From the NCBI RefSeq assembly GCF_964204645.1, contig NC_134033.1:9246655-9310654 (forward strand): 64,000 nt of DNA. The letters are read 5' to 3'. Below the pieces are notes generated by a model, which searched no databases, was not told where the DNA came from, and worked only from the letters and a program-made list of their open reading frames with translations. Shown here one piece after another: positions 1 through 10,934 of the stretch; position 1 is the stretch's first letter, and each line of letters begins with the position of its first letter. The stretch comes from Tubulanus polymorphus. Taxonomy: Eukaryota; Animalia; Nemertea. Both the position numbers and the translations under genes were made by a program.

Positions 1-319
1 TTAGATTTCTTTGACATTTATATTAGAGAAATTTAATAAGAATAGTATTATAAGTATTCTTCAAATGATGCTAGATAGTTAAAGTTAAAGAACTCTAGTA
101 TTGACTACTGATACTAGCTATTTGAATTTAAAGAATTTCTATTCGGATCTATTCAAAATATAAAGTATTCTCTTTTTGAAAAAAAATTTTAAAAATATAA
201 TAGAATTCACTAGCAGTTGAAGTTATTGTTTTTTTATTATATTTTATTTAAATTAGGATTTAATATCTCACTACTATTGTCTATCTATTAGGAGCAGTAA
301 CTATAACTGTCCAGATAAG

Positions 320-997
320 TCATTTCGGATCCTTGATATCAAATTCCTCAACGTATCGTTCATTATTTGGATTATTGTTCCATTGATCAATAAATTTCTT
401 TGCTTTTGTTAACTGTTCTAAATATAACTGTAAATCTAGTTTATTAGATTTGATTTGATTTTCTTTCTTTTCTAAAGGTCTTAAATTTTTCCAACCCCAA
501 ATAAGTTTTTTATTGTATTCATCATTCATGTTAAATTTAGATATTGGTAACACGTGATCAATATGGTAATAATCCCCATAATTATCTATATTCATTTTAT
601 CATCGAATTGATATATAATCCATGATTTTAGAAATTCATCTGAACAAGCCAATAAATTAGATAATGTTTCTGAATGTGTTTCTTTGTTGAATAATTGTGT
701 TAATCTAGACCGTAAACATTGTTTCAATCTAAAATTAAGATCTGTTTGATATCTTTCTCTCATATATTCTGTCATATAATCATTGTAATGTTCTATATTA
801 TCTTCTCGATATTGTTTGGTATATAGTTTAATGCAAGTTTTACAGTAATATTGAAAACCATCTTTGCTAATCTTACGCTTACTAAATTCTGTTAAAGCTA
901 ATTTATCTAATTCACATTTAGAACACTTTTTGTAATATATATTTATAACACCAGTGTTATTTGTAATATTGATAGTTTGTGGTTGTTCTGGTTCCAT
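320..997 (-). CDS. Intronless Zn-finger + HNH endonuclease-like protein of the large-DNA-virus/Polinton type
   Basis: N-terminal CSKC...CKTC zinc ribbon; C-terminal YHIDHVLPISKF...WKNLRPLEKKENQIKSNK resembles the HIDH..P....F...NL.PL...N..K HNH motif; no introns; very AT-rich. Confidence 0.75.
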   Translation of the reverse strand: MEPEQPQTINITNNTGVINIYYKKCSKCELDKLALTEFSKRKISKDGFQYYCKTCIKLYTKQYREDNIEHYNDYMTEYMRERYQTDLNFRLKQCLRSRLTQLFNKETHSETLSNLLACSDEFLKSWIIYQFDDKMNIDNYGDYYHIDHVLPISKFNMNDEYNKKLIWGWKNLRPLEKKENQIKSNKLDLQLYLEQLTKAKKFIDQWNNNPNNERYVEEFDIKDPK

Positions 998-1149
998 TTA
1001 TTATACGTATTTTTTTACTAAATTGGTTAATATTTTATAATCCTCTTCCATTTCTTCGACCAACGTCATCCTTTTTCATTCTTCGTTGCTTTTGATAAGT
1101 TGTTTCAATTCCTTGATATCTAAATAATACCACTGGGCAAAAACCCAGT

Positions 1150-1470
1150 TTTTTGCTTAATGCGCATGCGTTAATCATAATTATATATTCATTCTATAAA
1201 TTCTGTAAAATAGAAACAACACATGCGTTACATGCGTCACATGCGGCCATTTATGGCCGGTTTTGATCAATGCGCATGCGCTAATCATAATTATAAATTC
1301 ATTCTATAAATTCTGTAAAATAGAAACAACTGAACATAGAAAATTCAAACGCATTCATGTCCCTCGTCACATGCGTTACATGTGTCAGTCACATGCGGCC
1401 ATTTATGGCCGGTTTTGCTTAATGCGCATGCGTTAAACATAATAGAAACGACTGAACATAAAAATTCACA
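1150..1470. repeat. Imperfect tandem repeat (2-3 units, ~110-150 bp) with TGCGCATGCG and GCGGCCATTTATGGCCG motifs
   Basis: AATGCGCATGCG occurs three times, CACATGCGGCCATTTATGGCCGGTTTTG twice and ATTCATTCTATAAATTCTGTAAAATAGAAACAAC twice. Confidence 0.85.
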
Positions 1471-2142
1471 AATCAGATTTACACAATACATTATACAAGT
1501 TGTTCAGTCATTTCTTCTAATACATCATTTGATTTCTATAAATACAATTTATAATTACAAACATTTTTTCAATTGCTGGTAAATATTTAACTACATCAAC
1601 AAATGTTAAACTTAATCATTGGAGTCTTAATGTTTTTGAAATTCTTATATAGTTTCTTCGTTGATCTTTTGGTGTTTCTTGTGTTAATTTCTATTGGTTC
1701 GATATCCATTGCTGTTGATTCCTCAGGCAGAAAGAGTATCTTGAGTTTCTCTATCGCTTCTTGATGTGTATGACTTTTTATTAATCTAAAAGATATTAGC
1801 GGTAACTCTAACTATCTAAAAGATATACTAAATACGCTTAAATATATCTAAAGGTTTCATATTTAATAGCCCTAATAACTACAACAAACAGTACTTACAT
1901 TTAGATTTATAATTGTATACTATAAACTCCTTATTTCGTTTCGAAAGATAGAATATCCTGAGCACAATATTACAGCGTATATCCATTTCCGGGGTGATTT
2001 CTAGAATGAACACGTCGTTGATTATGCCACGTCATCTAGTTCCGGCGCGCCTTTTCTAGAATATTCTACACGTTTCTGATTATGACGTGTCATAATGTCT
2101 CGTCGTTATAGTAACAACTGTAACAGCTGTGAATTTATAGAT

Positions 2143-2415
2143 TTATTCTATAGCTCTGTACATTGAATGTATATAGGCTAAAATAGAATCATTTTCTAGT
2201 ATAAACATCGTATCCTCAACGTATTGTTCATTATTTGGATCAGTGTTCCATAATTCAATAAATTTCTTTCCTTTTGTTAACTGTTCTGAATATAACTGTA
2301 AATATTCTAGTTTCAATTTATTCTCTAAATGTGTTTTAGTTTTATTGTGTCTTGCTTTTTGGGATTTATCTATATCGATATTACATGTTGGGCAGTAGTA
2401 CTTATTTGCTTCCAT
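2143..2415 (-). CDS. Small C2H2-like zinc-finger protein sharing a C-terminal segment with the HNH ORF
   Basis: YYCPTCNIDIDKSQKARHNKTKTH (CxxC..H.....H); LQLYSEQLTKGKKFIELWNTDPNNEQYVE nearly matches LQLYLEQLTKAKKFIDQWNNNPNNERYVE of ORF 320-997. Confidence 0.55.
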   Translation of the reverse strand: MEANKYYCPTCNIDIDKSQKARHNKTKTHLENKLKLEYLQLYSEQLTKGKKFIELWNTDPNNEQYVEDTMFILENDSILAYIHSMYRAIE

Positions 2416-2495
2416 TTTAATACTATATTTTTTATTAAAATTGATTTTAGAAGTTCAATGATTTAAATGTTATTCATATATATGAATATTTTAAG

Positions 2496-2763
2496 AGTAA
2501 TAGGGATAATAGGCTTTCAAGCTAAAGGTTGAACGGGTGGGTGAGTAAAAAATGAAAAACATAAAAATAATTACAATTTCTACTTGAATTAGGAGTGAAA
2601 CTCATAAAAATGAAAAATAAATTCGAGCGTGTGAGAATTTATTTTTCATTTTTATGAGTTTCGCGAGTAATTCAAGTAGAAATTGTTATTATTTTTATGT
2701 TTTTCATTTTTTACGAGCTCGACCGTTCGACCTTTGGCTTGAAAGCCTATTATCCCTATTACT
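2496..2763. repeat. Foldback/long palindrome (~130-bp arms, ~10-bp loop), MITE-like
   Basis: AGTAATAGGGATAATAGGCTTTCAAGC...GCTTGAAAGCCTATTATCCCTATTACT; the arms pair almost to the centre. Confidence 0.9.
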
Positions 2764-3343
2764 ATGGTCGACTATCAGGTTTCTGACTGCCGATTGCCGA
2801 TTGCCGACCCGAGAAATGGTCGACAATCAGGTTTCGGGCGGCAATTTGAAACCGAACCACTCCCCTCGTTTAAGAAAACCCTGCACGATGAAACTATTTT
2901 GACCTATTCTGGAATTGAACTGACTAGTCTAAAGCTGCATATGAAATACTGTATGAAATTGTTATTAACGGTTTAGAATACTCTAATAATAGAATACACA
3001 ATATTTATATACATTATTTACAAATTTACATTATTCCTAATAAAATATCGCTCTATTCAAAATCTAATTCGTTTCTTTTTAGTAGCGTAGTGTTACACTG
3101 TCTAAATATCCTGTCTTTAAAAATAAAGACAAACGTACGACTGAGGTACGACGATACGTCTTTTACTACCGCGTATAACTAAGGGACTAAGATCTTAATA
3201 AATATATCAGCAGAGCAAGCTGTCGATCACGATTATCGTAAAAACGATATAAGGAGACGGCTATATCTAACTGAATAAATATTATCGTAGAATTGATTAC
3301 AGCCAACCAACTACGTGAATGGTCGGTCAGCCCGGCCAAAGAC

Positions 3344-3670
3344 CATCCTCGCTTGCCAGGGGTGTCGGTATCACTCCCGAACCCGCTTCCACCAGCGCCC
3401 TGGCCTCACGACGCGTGATTTCATTACTGGCGCTGTTGCGCATGACGTCATATATCGATTTGCGAAATACTTCCTTGTTCGGTAAAACGTTCGCTGATTG
3501 GTCCATTTAAAGGCAAAACCAACAGAAGTCTACTGTCGTTTGTTACAAGCGCTGTGATTGGTACGACCGGATTCCGGTCGGCTAGTAACGACTCCAACGA
3601 CTCGTGAGGTCAAGGAGTTCGGGGAACAGCTTTAGCGTAGTGGGTTCGAATCCCTTGACGGGTGAAGATG
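3344..3670 (+). mobile_element. Non-autonomous DNA transposon (MULE-like, 9-bp TSD), family A copy 1
   Basis: CATC...GATG ends with ~20-bp imperfect TIR; perfect 9-bp TSD GCCAAAGAC (3335-3343 and 3671-3679); highly similar inverted copy at 18800-19112. Confidence 0.8.
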
Positions 3671-4695
3671 GCCAAAGACCGGAGCTGACCGACAAACCAA
3701 CTAATGCTTACCAGGTCTGGCTGTCAATTGTCAAACTGAGATGATGGGAGTCAACACGACCGGTAAAACAGTTAATATCGTCAAATAATGATAAACGGTT
3801 GACCCCAGCATCCCAGCATGACAACGGGCAATTCAGCCAAGCGACCAACCCCGCTAGCCCAACAACTAGCATGACAACAAACCAACACCAGCTGATAGCG
3901 CCGCCACTCGCGTGCTACGGACACTACCAGCATGAATGAAATCAACGGATATTTAGCCGGTTAAAATACGAATTTAAGTAAGTGATCCCACCCAGCCCCC
4001 CTCCCCCCATCTATCCAACATATCAATACACAATATCTTTATACAGTAAACATCTTAAAAATTAAACAACAGTAAATAGATTTACATTTAACATGCCTAG
4101 CCCGCCCCTCTAAATATTATTCAATACAATTCAATACAATACAATATAGTACATTTTAATAATAACAATTGTTCAAACGCTACACTGGTATCTGTAAAGC
4201 AATGCGTGAGATCAATAGAAATAAAGTGAAAATTAAATTGCATTGAATTCACAGTGTAATTACTAGACAAGATGATTGATATCCTGTCCGTCGGTCCCGT
4301 ATTAACATCTTGCTGTAGTAGACATTTTCGGGGCACTTAGGGCCAGACAATCATTATTCATAGAATATCTTACCTTCAATGAGCAGAAGTACCGTGTAAA
4401 CGCACGTGTGAAAAAACCAGGAAATGCGGTAGACTGGTTGCCTGTCCCATTCAATATGGGACAGGTTTTGCCCGTCCGCCATCTTCCGCGGATTTTACGG
4501 ATCCAATCAGATTTCAGTATTCCATCACGTGAACAATGTAACATAGCCGCCTACACTGTGTCTCGATTTACGTTCCATGGACCTCTTTAAAGTCATTTTT
4601 TATACCAATGAAGAAAGAAATTCCGTTAATACTACCAGGTAACGCTTCTGCATGCACTTGTTTAGCGTGTGGTACCGAAAATATCGGTATTCAAT

Positions 4696-5061
4696 AGAGA
4701 ATTTCGTTATCTCTAACGCCATTTCCTCGGGGTTGCCAATGGCCACTAGATGGCGCTTAACAATCACCTTGTAAAGACGATTAAATCTTCATCTACGACT
4801 AAATGATCATTTGAGGTAAGTATCGAGCAACTGATTTATAATCAGTGTGTTATTATCATTCTTAGGGTGCTATAGACTTACCTAATCGCATCCGTAGGCC
4901 TGAGAAATATCCTATTGTTTCGCGAAATGTGCGTATATATTTCGAGTGGCTGCCAACCATTTTAGTTCAAAGTAAAATATGCAGTGGTGCTCCTAGGAGA
5001 GTGACTATGGGAAGCCGTAAAGGCCAAAATATATTCAATTCAATTTAATTTCAGTGTTATT
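4696..5061 (+). repeat. Left TIR of the ISL2EU element
   Basis: Reverse complement of 10935-11299 with scattered mismatches. Confidence 0.95.
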
Positions 5062-5637
5062 AGTGATCTAAGTGCACCGCTGGCCCGAATGTCTATTTCA
5101 TTTAGCTATTTTAGACATTTTCAAATGGATGTTTTTTGTTTAAATATTCATACATGTACTTAATGTATACGACGACCCCGTGATTTTTTCGTTATCCTTT
5201 GTCTTGACACCAGCCAGTCCGCTCACAATCCTCGCCGGTCACTTAATCAGAAAACATCTTAACTCGTATTGGAAATGATACTGACGAATTTAATAATTTA
5301 TCAAAACATTTACATATGATTAATGAAAGTTGATTGACATTATTACAGATTGAAATATAAAACAAATATATTATCTATTGAAATGCTTTATACAGATTGT
5401 AGTTTTTACTAGGCATACCAATTAAAATTATTATTAAAGGTATTTACAGTCGGGAAATATTAGCTACGTACATGTATGTACATAATAAATTAAAAATACA
5501 CTGTACAACTAAATTGAAAAAAAAGGTTCAAATAATCTTGTTGGGCTGTACAAAATTATATTCTAGCTATATATACATATAATTCCTTCATTTGGAATCG
5601 TCGTAGCTAGTGATCGCTTCATCCGTACATGGCTTTT

Positions 5638-7434
5638 TCACTTCCTTTTGAGATATTGTATGATCTTGTCTTTGAAAAATATTGCCGAATTCGTTTCGAT
5701 TCTCTCCCATAAATCATTGTCAAATGAAATTTGTTCAATGAACAGGTCATAACCCGTCCACACAACGAAGAAACACGCCGATATACCCGTCACTTTCATT
5801 TCGCAGTTGATTTGACTGTAGTAGTTACTGCTGCGATTCAGTTGAATTTGACCGCCGTTCATAACCAGAATTGCCGTCTGTTGATTGTTCTTTAAAATGT
5901 TTTTTCCTCTTATCGAATACGGGCATTTAATTTCCACGACAAACTTCCCACAAAATTTGCACTCGAAAATCGCATCTGGGGATGCAGCAATATAGGGCTT
6001 CTGTTTGTCGCAAAACAGACCACATGTCGATACAGAACAATCGACATGGCCCCTATCTTTCATCGTCGAAAGGAATTTCGCTTTTGCTTCTTCCTCTTTT
6101 TCATTGCCCCAAATTACGGCCGGAACAGAAGCTAATGAAGGGCCAGCCGTACAAACTCGGAAGAGAAGATTTTCGCAGTCGACATCTGCTGCCCTTGATC
6201 GTAACATTGTGTTGACCTTGAATGAAAGGATAGTTTTTTCATTATAATCAATGAGCCTATGATTGAGCAATGATGATAATCGTTCAAGTACGTAGCTTGG
6301 TGTATACGTTATGGCACACGGAGCCAGTAATTCTGCCTATTCGATGAATTTTCCATATATTCGATGAAGATTGTCCTCTTGTTGCGCCCTCAAGTACTTC
6401 AATTTGCGCATTAGATATTGAAATAATCGTTTCAATTATTTTACAATCCTCTTCATGATCGATTATTTCCTGAATAGTTGGTGGAAGTGCAGGTGCTATC
6501 TGTGAGTTGTTTCGCAATGACAAAACCGAGATAAGTACTGATCTATTCAGCTGTAGTATGCAGATTTTCATATAGTGACGCTAATCTTGTTTCGTCAATC
6601 ACTCTATGTTGTGCTGTTCTCGGTTCAAAGTTCTTTCTCGAAATAACTGGCGTAGTATCGTTTTCATCAATCTCATCATCGTCGTTTCCATCATAATTCA
6701 AGGCTACCGCATCAGTTCTGAATTTCATATCACTAACTCTCATTGGTTTGATCTGTTTCCTGGCTTGATTGTTCCACGCGCATCCTTCCTCCGTACATGA
6801 TTTATCATTTAGGTAATTTTCACTAGCATGATTAAGTTTATAAAGTACTGCGATTACATGATTGCACGTCTCTCCATAACCTGCTGTGCAACTGCACCAC
6901 GCTGTCTTGATATCACTAGTCTGGCGATCACAAGATATCCAACCGTTATGAGGACTATAATCGTTGATTTTCTGCGAAGGTGTTACTGTTGATTTATATA
7001 CGATGATTGGAATAGATAAATTAATTAATTCATACATGATTGGTCCGACGAATCCGCTTGCAAAGTAGGAATAGGCCTTCATGGTTTTGTACTTTCCGAT
7101 GTAATCCATATTGTAATCTCTGTGTTCAAGGATGAATTTGAATATCTGTCCTATGTTCAGCATGGTCCAATTTCTCATATCGGTGGACCAATTCGAAGTT
7201 GATTTCGGATCGACAGTCCTGCCTTTATTAGCGTAAGTTTGTAATCATCGATTAGTTTTTTCTCGATTTGTACGTCGCTTATTTTAGATGGAGTTTTTTT
7301 TCCCATGCACAAAAGCATCTTGCGAACAATTCAGCTTTCGTGCCCGTCGTCCTTAAACCGCGAGCGCATAAATACGATTTTAATTTGTCTACAGTGAATT
7401 TGACAAAATCATCGTATCCCTGGATCTCAGCCAT
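5638..7434 (-). pseudogene. ISL2EU accessory gene: SAP + SWIM Zn-finger + YqaJ (lambda-exonuclease-like) nuclease, disrupted
   Basis: ATG at 7434 gives MAEIQGYDDFVKFTVDKLKSYLCARGLRTTGTKAELFAR (SAP-like), stop near 7280; AWCSCTAGYGETCNHV (SWIM); TRGQSSSNIWKIHRIGRITGS, IAASPDAI, VEIKCPY, YYSQIN (YqaJ); frameshifts near 6550 and 6280. Confidence 0.88.
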
Positions 7435-7510
7435 TCTGAAATGAAAATAAAATCAATTTTTCAAATTAAGAAGCTTTCATAACTAACATGTGTATTACGT
7501 TTATTTACAG

Positions 7511-10265
7511 ATGGGGAAAAATGACAATATTGCTGTTTTTGTGAAAACGCAAGAAATTATCCGTTCTCAGAGATAAAGAAACCTCATGTAGATGGAAAAT
7601 TGATATATTACGACATTGTCCGACGCAATGATCCAACATTTGAAAAACTGGGTAAGCAGCTAACAGTGACGTCGAAGGTCTGCTCAAATCATTTCATCGA
7701 TGGGAGGCCGACCGATATCAACCCTTATCCATACGTTACAAACGAGGAACAAAATATGCCAAAGAAGCGAAAAAATAGAGATTGTTCACGTTCAGTGATT
7801 AGTAAGAAGACGACAACGCAGCCGATATATACGGATGTTGCGGTAGACGGTTCAGGTGATGGGAACATGATGAGCCTGACATCGTGCGTCGCATTTGATG
7901 AGATGACGCGGGATGTTGACGTAAAGTTCTTTACCGGTTTCGATAATCGGGCAACTTTGAAAACTATTTTCAATTTCTTGTCTGAAAAAGCTGCCTGTAT
8001 GGTTTATTGGAAAGGTGGTCAAACAAGAGAAACTCTGTCGAACAATAAGATGGGTAGAAGGAGAAAACTAATCCTCGAAGATGAATATTTCATGGTTTTG
8101 ATGCGTTTACGTCTGGGGTTATTGGTTCGTGATTTATCACACCGCTTCAACGTATCAATTTCTGCCGTTAGCTCGATATTTTCAACGTGGATACGTCTAA
8201 TGAGGCTTGAATTATCATGTATCATTATCTGGCCTTCAAAGAATCAAACCAAAGCTCTTCTACCAGCTGCATTTGTTTACTTTTATCCGCATATAAGGTG
8301 TATCGTGGACTGCACTGAAATTTCTATTGAAACACCAACAGCGCTCGACCTACAAGCAGCTACTTGGAGCGACTACAAACATTCTTATACGATAAAGTTT
8401 TTGATTGCCATTACTCCAAATGGATTGATATCGTACGTTTCGCCTTGCTACGGAGGTCGTGCTAGTGATAAATATATATTCACTGATTGCGGTATTCTCG
8501 ACTTCATTGAACCACACGACGAAATAATGGCCGACCGAGGTTTCAAAGTTCAGGAAATTTTAATGTCAAGACACGCAACGTTAGCAATCCCCTCGAGTAT
8601 GGGCGGCCATTCCCGCCAAAAATCAGCGTTTCGTCTATTTGTCTGTACTTTGACAAAATGTCATAGTACACCGCCAAAATGTGTAAGCGTAACGTCAAAT
8701 TGTGTAATGCGGCTAAATAACACAGGGGGGCGACACTGTACGGACAGTATTTTGCGGTATTTTTCTCGCTTTGCGATCATCTCAAGGTCGTCTCATTGAA
8801 ATAATTTTGCGAGTATCAAATCGACAAATCGTATCATATTCCCTAAACCCAATAAAATGAATTTATTATTACTTTATTAGTTATCTCGGAACTCATAAAC
8901 TCAAGATGTCGTCTCAGGTATGGAGGCCCTATATGGAAGCCCTGAGACGACACCTTGGGTTCATGAGTTCCCAAGTTCATAACTTCCAGAGTTTATGATA
9001 TTTCTTCACCCAGCACTGGCAGTGGTTGTCTCCACCAGTGATCTCCGTCGCTCTACGATCCTAGTGTAACCAACTGTGGTACAACTGTGGTACATCAGAC
9101 ACTAAGATTCTTGGTGAAGATATTTCGAGTTTATTTGGGCATGTACAACACTATGAAATTATGCGACATAAAGAATCCTATTATAAGGATGTTAAATCCG
9201 ATTACGTCATGAATTAACTAAAAAAATGATGTCCAGCATCAACCAAGACTGGTTGACTGTCCCCAATTCTGCACTGGCAGTCATATGAAGTCGACCGGCA
9301 ACCAGTCTATCATCAGCTTTCTTGATGGTTTATAGAAAATAAATAGATGTTTAAAAATTTCTCATAACGAGCGTTTGTTATCTTTTTCATCATTAAAACC
9401 CGAGCAGATTCATCGAGAGTCACCGGTTATTCGGAGTCACCCTTCTCTCTAGCCCGCGCACAGAAAATCCGAGCTACCTACCAGAGGAGGAACGGAGGCG
9501 CCCTTCAACATACCATTAATCGCTGGTTATTCAGTGTCGTCTGAGCCTGAGACGCGGGTCTTTGATAGAGCATCGTGTTTACATTCGACGTTTCGGTATC
9601 GCAGGCTTTTTTCATTAGACGAACTCATGAACTTGAGAACTCAGGAAGTTATGAACTCGGAACTCATGAACTCAAGATGTCGTCTCAGGGCTTCCATAGG
9701 TTTACGGCAAAGTATTTACTTCCGCTATTTTACCGTACATTATTACTATATATTATAGTATTAACTAACTAAAGTAACAATAAAATCATTTTATTGGGTT
9801 TAGGGAATATGATACGATTTGTCGATTTGATACTCGCAAAATTATTTCAATAAAACGACCTTGAGATGATCGCAATGCGAGAAAAATACCGCAAAATACT
9901 GTCCGTACAGTGTCGCCCTCCTGTGTTATTTAGCCGGATTACACAATTTGACGTTACGCTAACACATTTTGGCGGTGTACTATGACATTTTGTCGAAGTA
10001 CAGAAAAATAGACGAAACGCTGATTTTTGGCGGGAATGGCCGCCCATACCCGAGTGTTTATCATAATGCACAGATGACCAACGATTCAGTGAAAACTACA
10101 TCCCGAATTGCAACCGTCCGGATATATATTGAGCAAGCTATAGGGCGGATGAAGAATTTCAGAATTTTAAAGAATACGCTGGAGGTCAAAACCGTTCCTT
10201 TAATGGATGATGTAGTTATTGTTTGCGCGGCAATATCAAATCTCAAGCGCACACTTCGCTCTTAA
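7511..10265 (+). pseudogene. ISL2EU transposase (THAP + HTH + DDE_Tnp_4-type), frameshifted near the start and interrupted by an insertion at 8598-10048
   Basis: MGKND../YCCFCEN...KVCSNHF (THAP); LMRLRLG..VRDLSHRFNVS (HTH); IVDCTEI, SDYK, YGGRASD, MADRGF; resumes after the insertion as PSVYHNAQM...RIYIEQAIGRMKNFRIL. Confidence 0.92.
8598..10048. mobile_element. IS3EU-like non-autonomous element inserted in the transposase
   Basis: ~285-bp TIRs with TATGG...CCATA ends; 6-bp TSD CTCGAG/CCCGAG (one mismatch); removing the element plus one TSD copy restores the frame LAIP(P/S)SVYH. Confidence 0.8.
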
Positions 10266-10934
10266 ATTAAGGATCATGTTGTTATTAATTAATTTTTGAA
10301 ACAATATCTGTGTGTACTAATTCAATAATTACTATGAATAATGATATGATAAACTGTGTTAATTTAATTCTACCTAAAATAAAGTTATTTAATAATAAAT
10401 AATAACTTTATTTCGAATAGGCTTATTAATTAGGCCTGGCCTATTAACTGTTAGGCCTTACTGTAAATATTTATTAGCTGTGAATTGTATATCGAATTAT
10501 AAATGTTAGCGTTGAAATTGGTTTTCAAAGGATTTGGTTTCCTTAACCTTAATTAAATAATAAAGCATTTTTATTTTCAACACATTTGTTTGGTTTTATG
10601 GCCATAAAGAATCCCCTGTTTGATACATGTACCGGACACGTATGTCTACCCCGGATCCGGCTCGTATTGCCTTGCTCCAACTGTTCAGATTAATCTAAAA
10701 TCAGTCATGATTCAAAAGTTCCTAATTCTCTCTCTTGGAAATGGCTGGTTGAATACCCAGTGGCGGCATCGTAAGATAGAACTGTGGTACCGGTACCCGA
10801 CAGTTAAAACTGACCCCGCTGGGACGTTAGATCAGAGACTTGTGATATCTTTTGTAATCTATTGAGCCATGGCTCTTAGCCTAATGTTTCATTGTTATTT
10901 CAGTAATTTATTTGATTTCACTCGGGTCTTGAAA

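Noticed and set aside
2501-2513. Similarity to the I-SceI site (TAGGGATAA)
   Set aside because: Only a partial match; coincidence
3625-3665. Possible tRNA gene (GGTTCGAATCC)
   Set aside because: No cloverleaf; part of a TSD-flanked repeat
8598-8799. C-terminus of the 399-aa ORF and its mirror in ORF 9847-10071
   Set aside because: Read-through into the TIRs of the inserted element
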